This document shows, in pieces, positions 64,000-64,000 of a stretch of DNA of 64,000 bases (the first letter of the stretch is position 1; each line of letters begins with the position of its first letter). The notes under the pieces are model-generated. The model was not told where the DNA came from, made no database searches, and worked only from the letters and a program-made list of their open reading frames with translations. This DNA comes from Phoronis australis (lineage: Eukaryota; Animalia; Phoronida). The position numbers and the translations under genes are program-made. The stretch is taken from NCBI GenBank assembly GCA_002633005.1, contig NMRA01000090.1, positions 298,752 through 362,751 of the forward strand, written 5' to 3'.

Positions 64000-64000
64000 A

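Overview
AT-rich, intron-containing eukaryotic DNA, most likely a bilaterian marine invertebrate draft assembly (single N joins at 35111, 46037 and 61781). The main host gene is on the minus strand (about 7.7-38.6 kb). It encodes a ~2,700-2,800 aa type I membrane protein: possible signal peptide and degenerate WSC-like domain, 2 EGF, a coiled coil, ~55 EGF repeats, a TM helix and a ~50 aa tail. About 53 of the EGF repeats lie in one 7.4-kb exon. A terminal ShK-domain exon of a convergent plus-strand gene lies at 4.4 kb. The rest is dense in transposons: an intact PGBD3-like piggyBac in sense orientation inside the EGF gene (own intron, three 16-bp palindromes, no TTAA TSD); two Kolobok deletion derivatives (THAP plus KolX remnants, TTAA TSDs); an 8-exon ZNF862-like hAT transposase with a catalytic D->N change; a decayed CR1/L2-group LINE; a Penelope-like RT preceded by an OTU-protease ORF; Penelope remnants with minimal hammerhead ribozymes; MITEs, tRNA-derived SINE heads and tandem repeats. 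All calls come from reading the sequence by eye; no searches were run.
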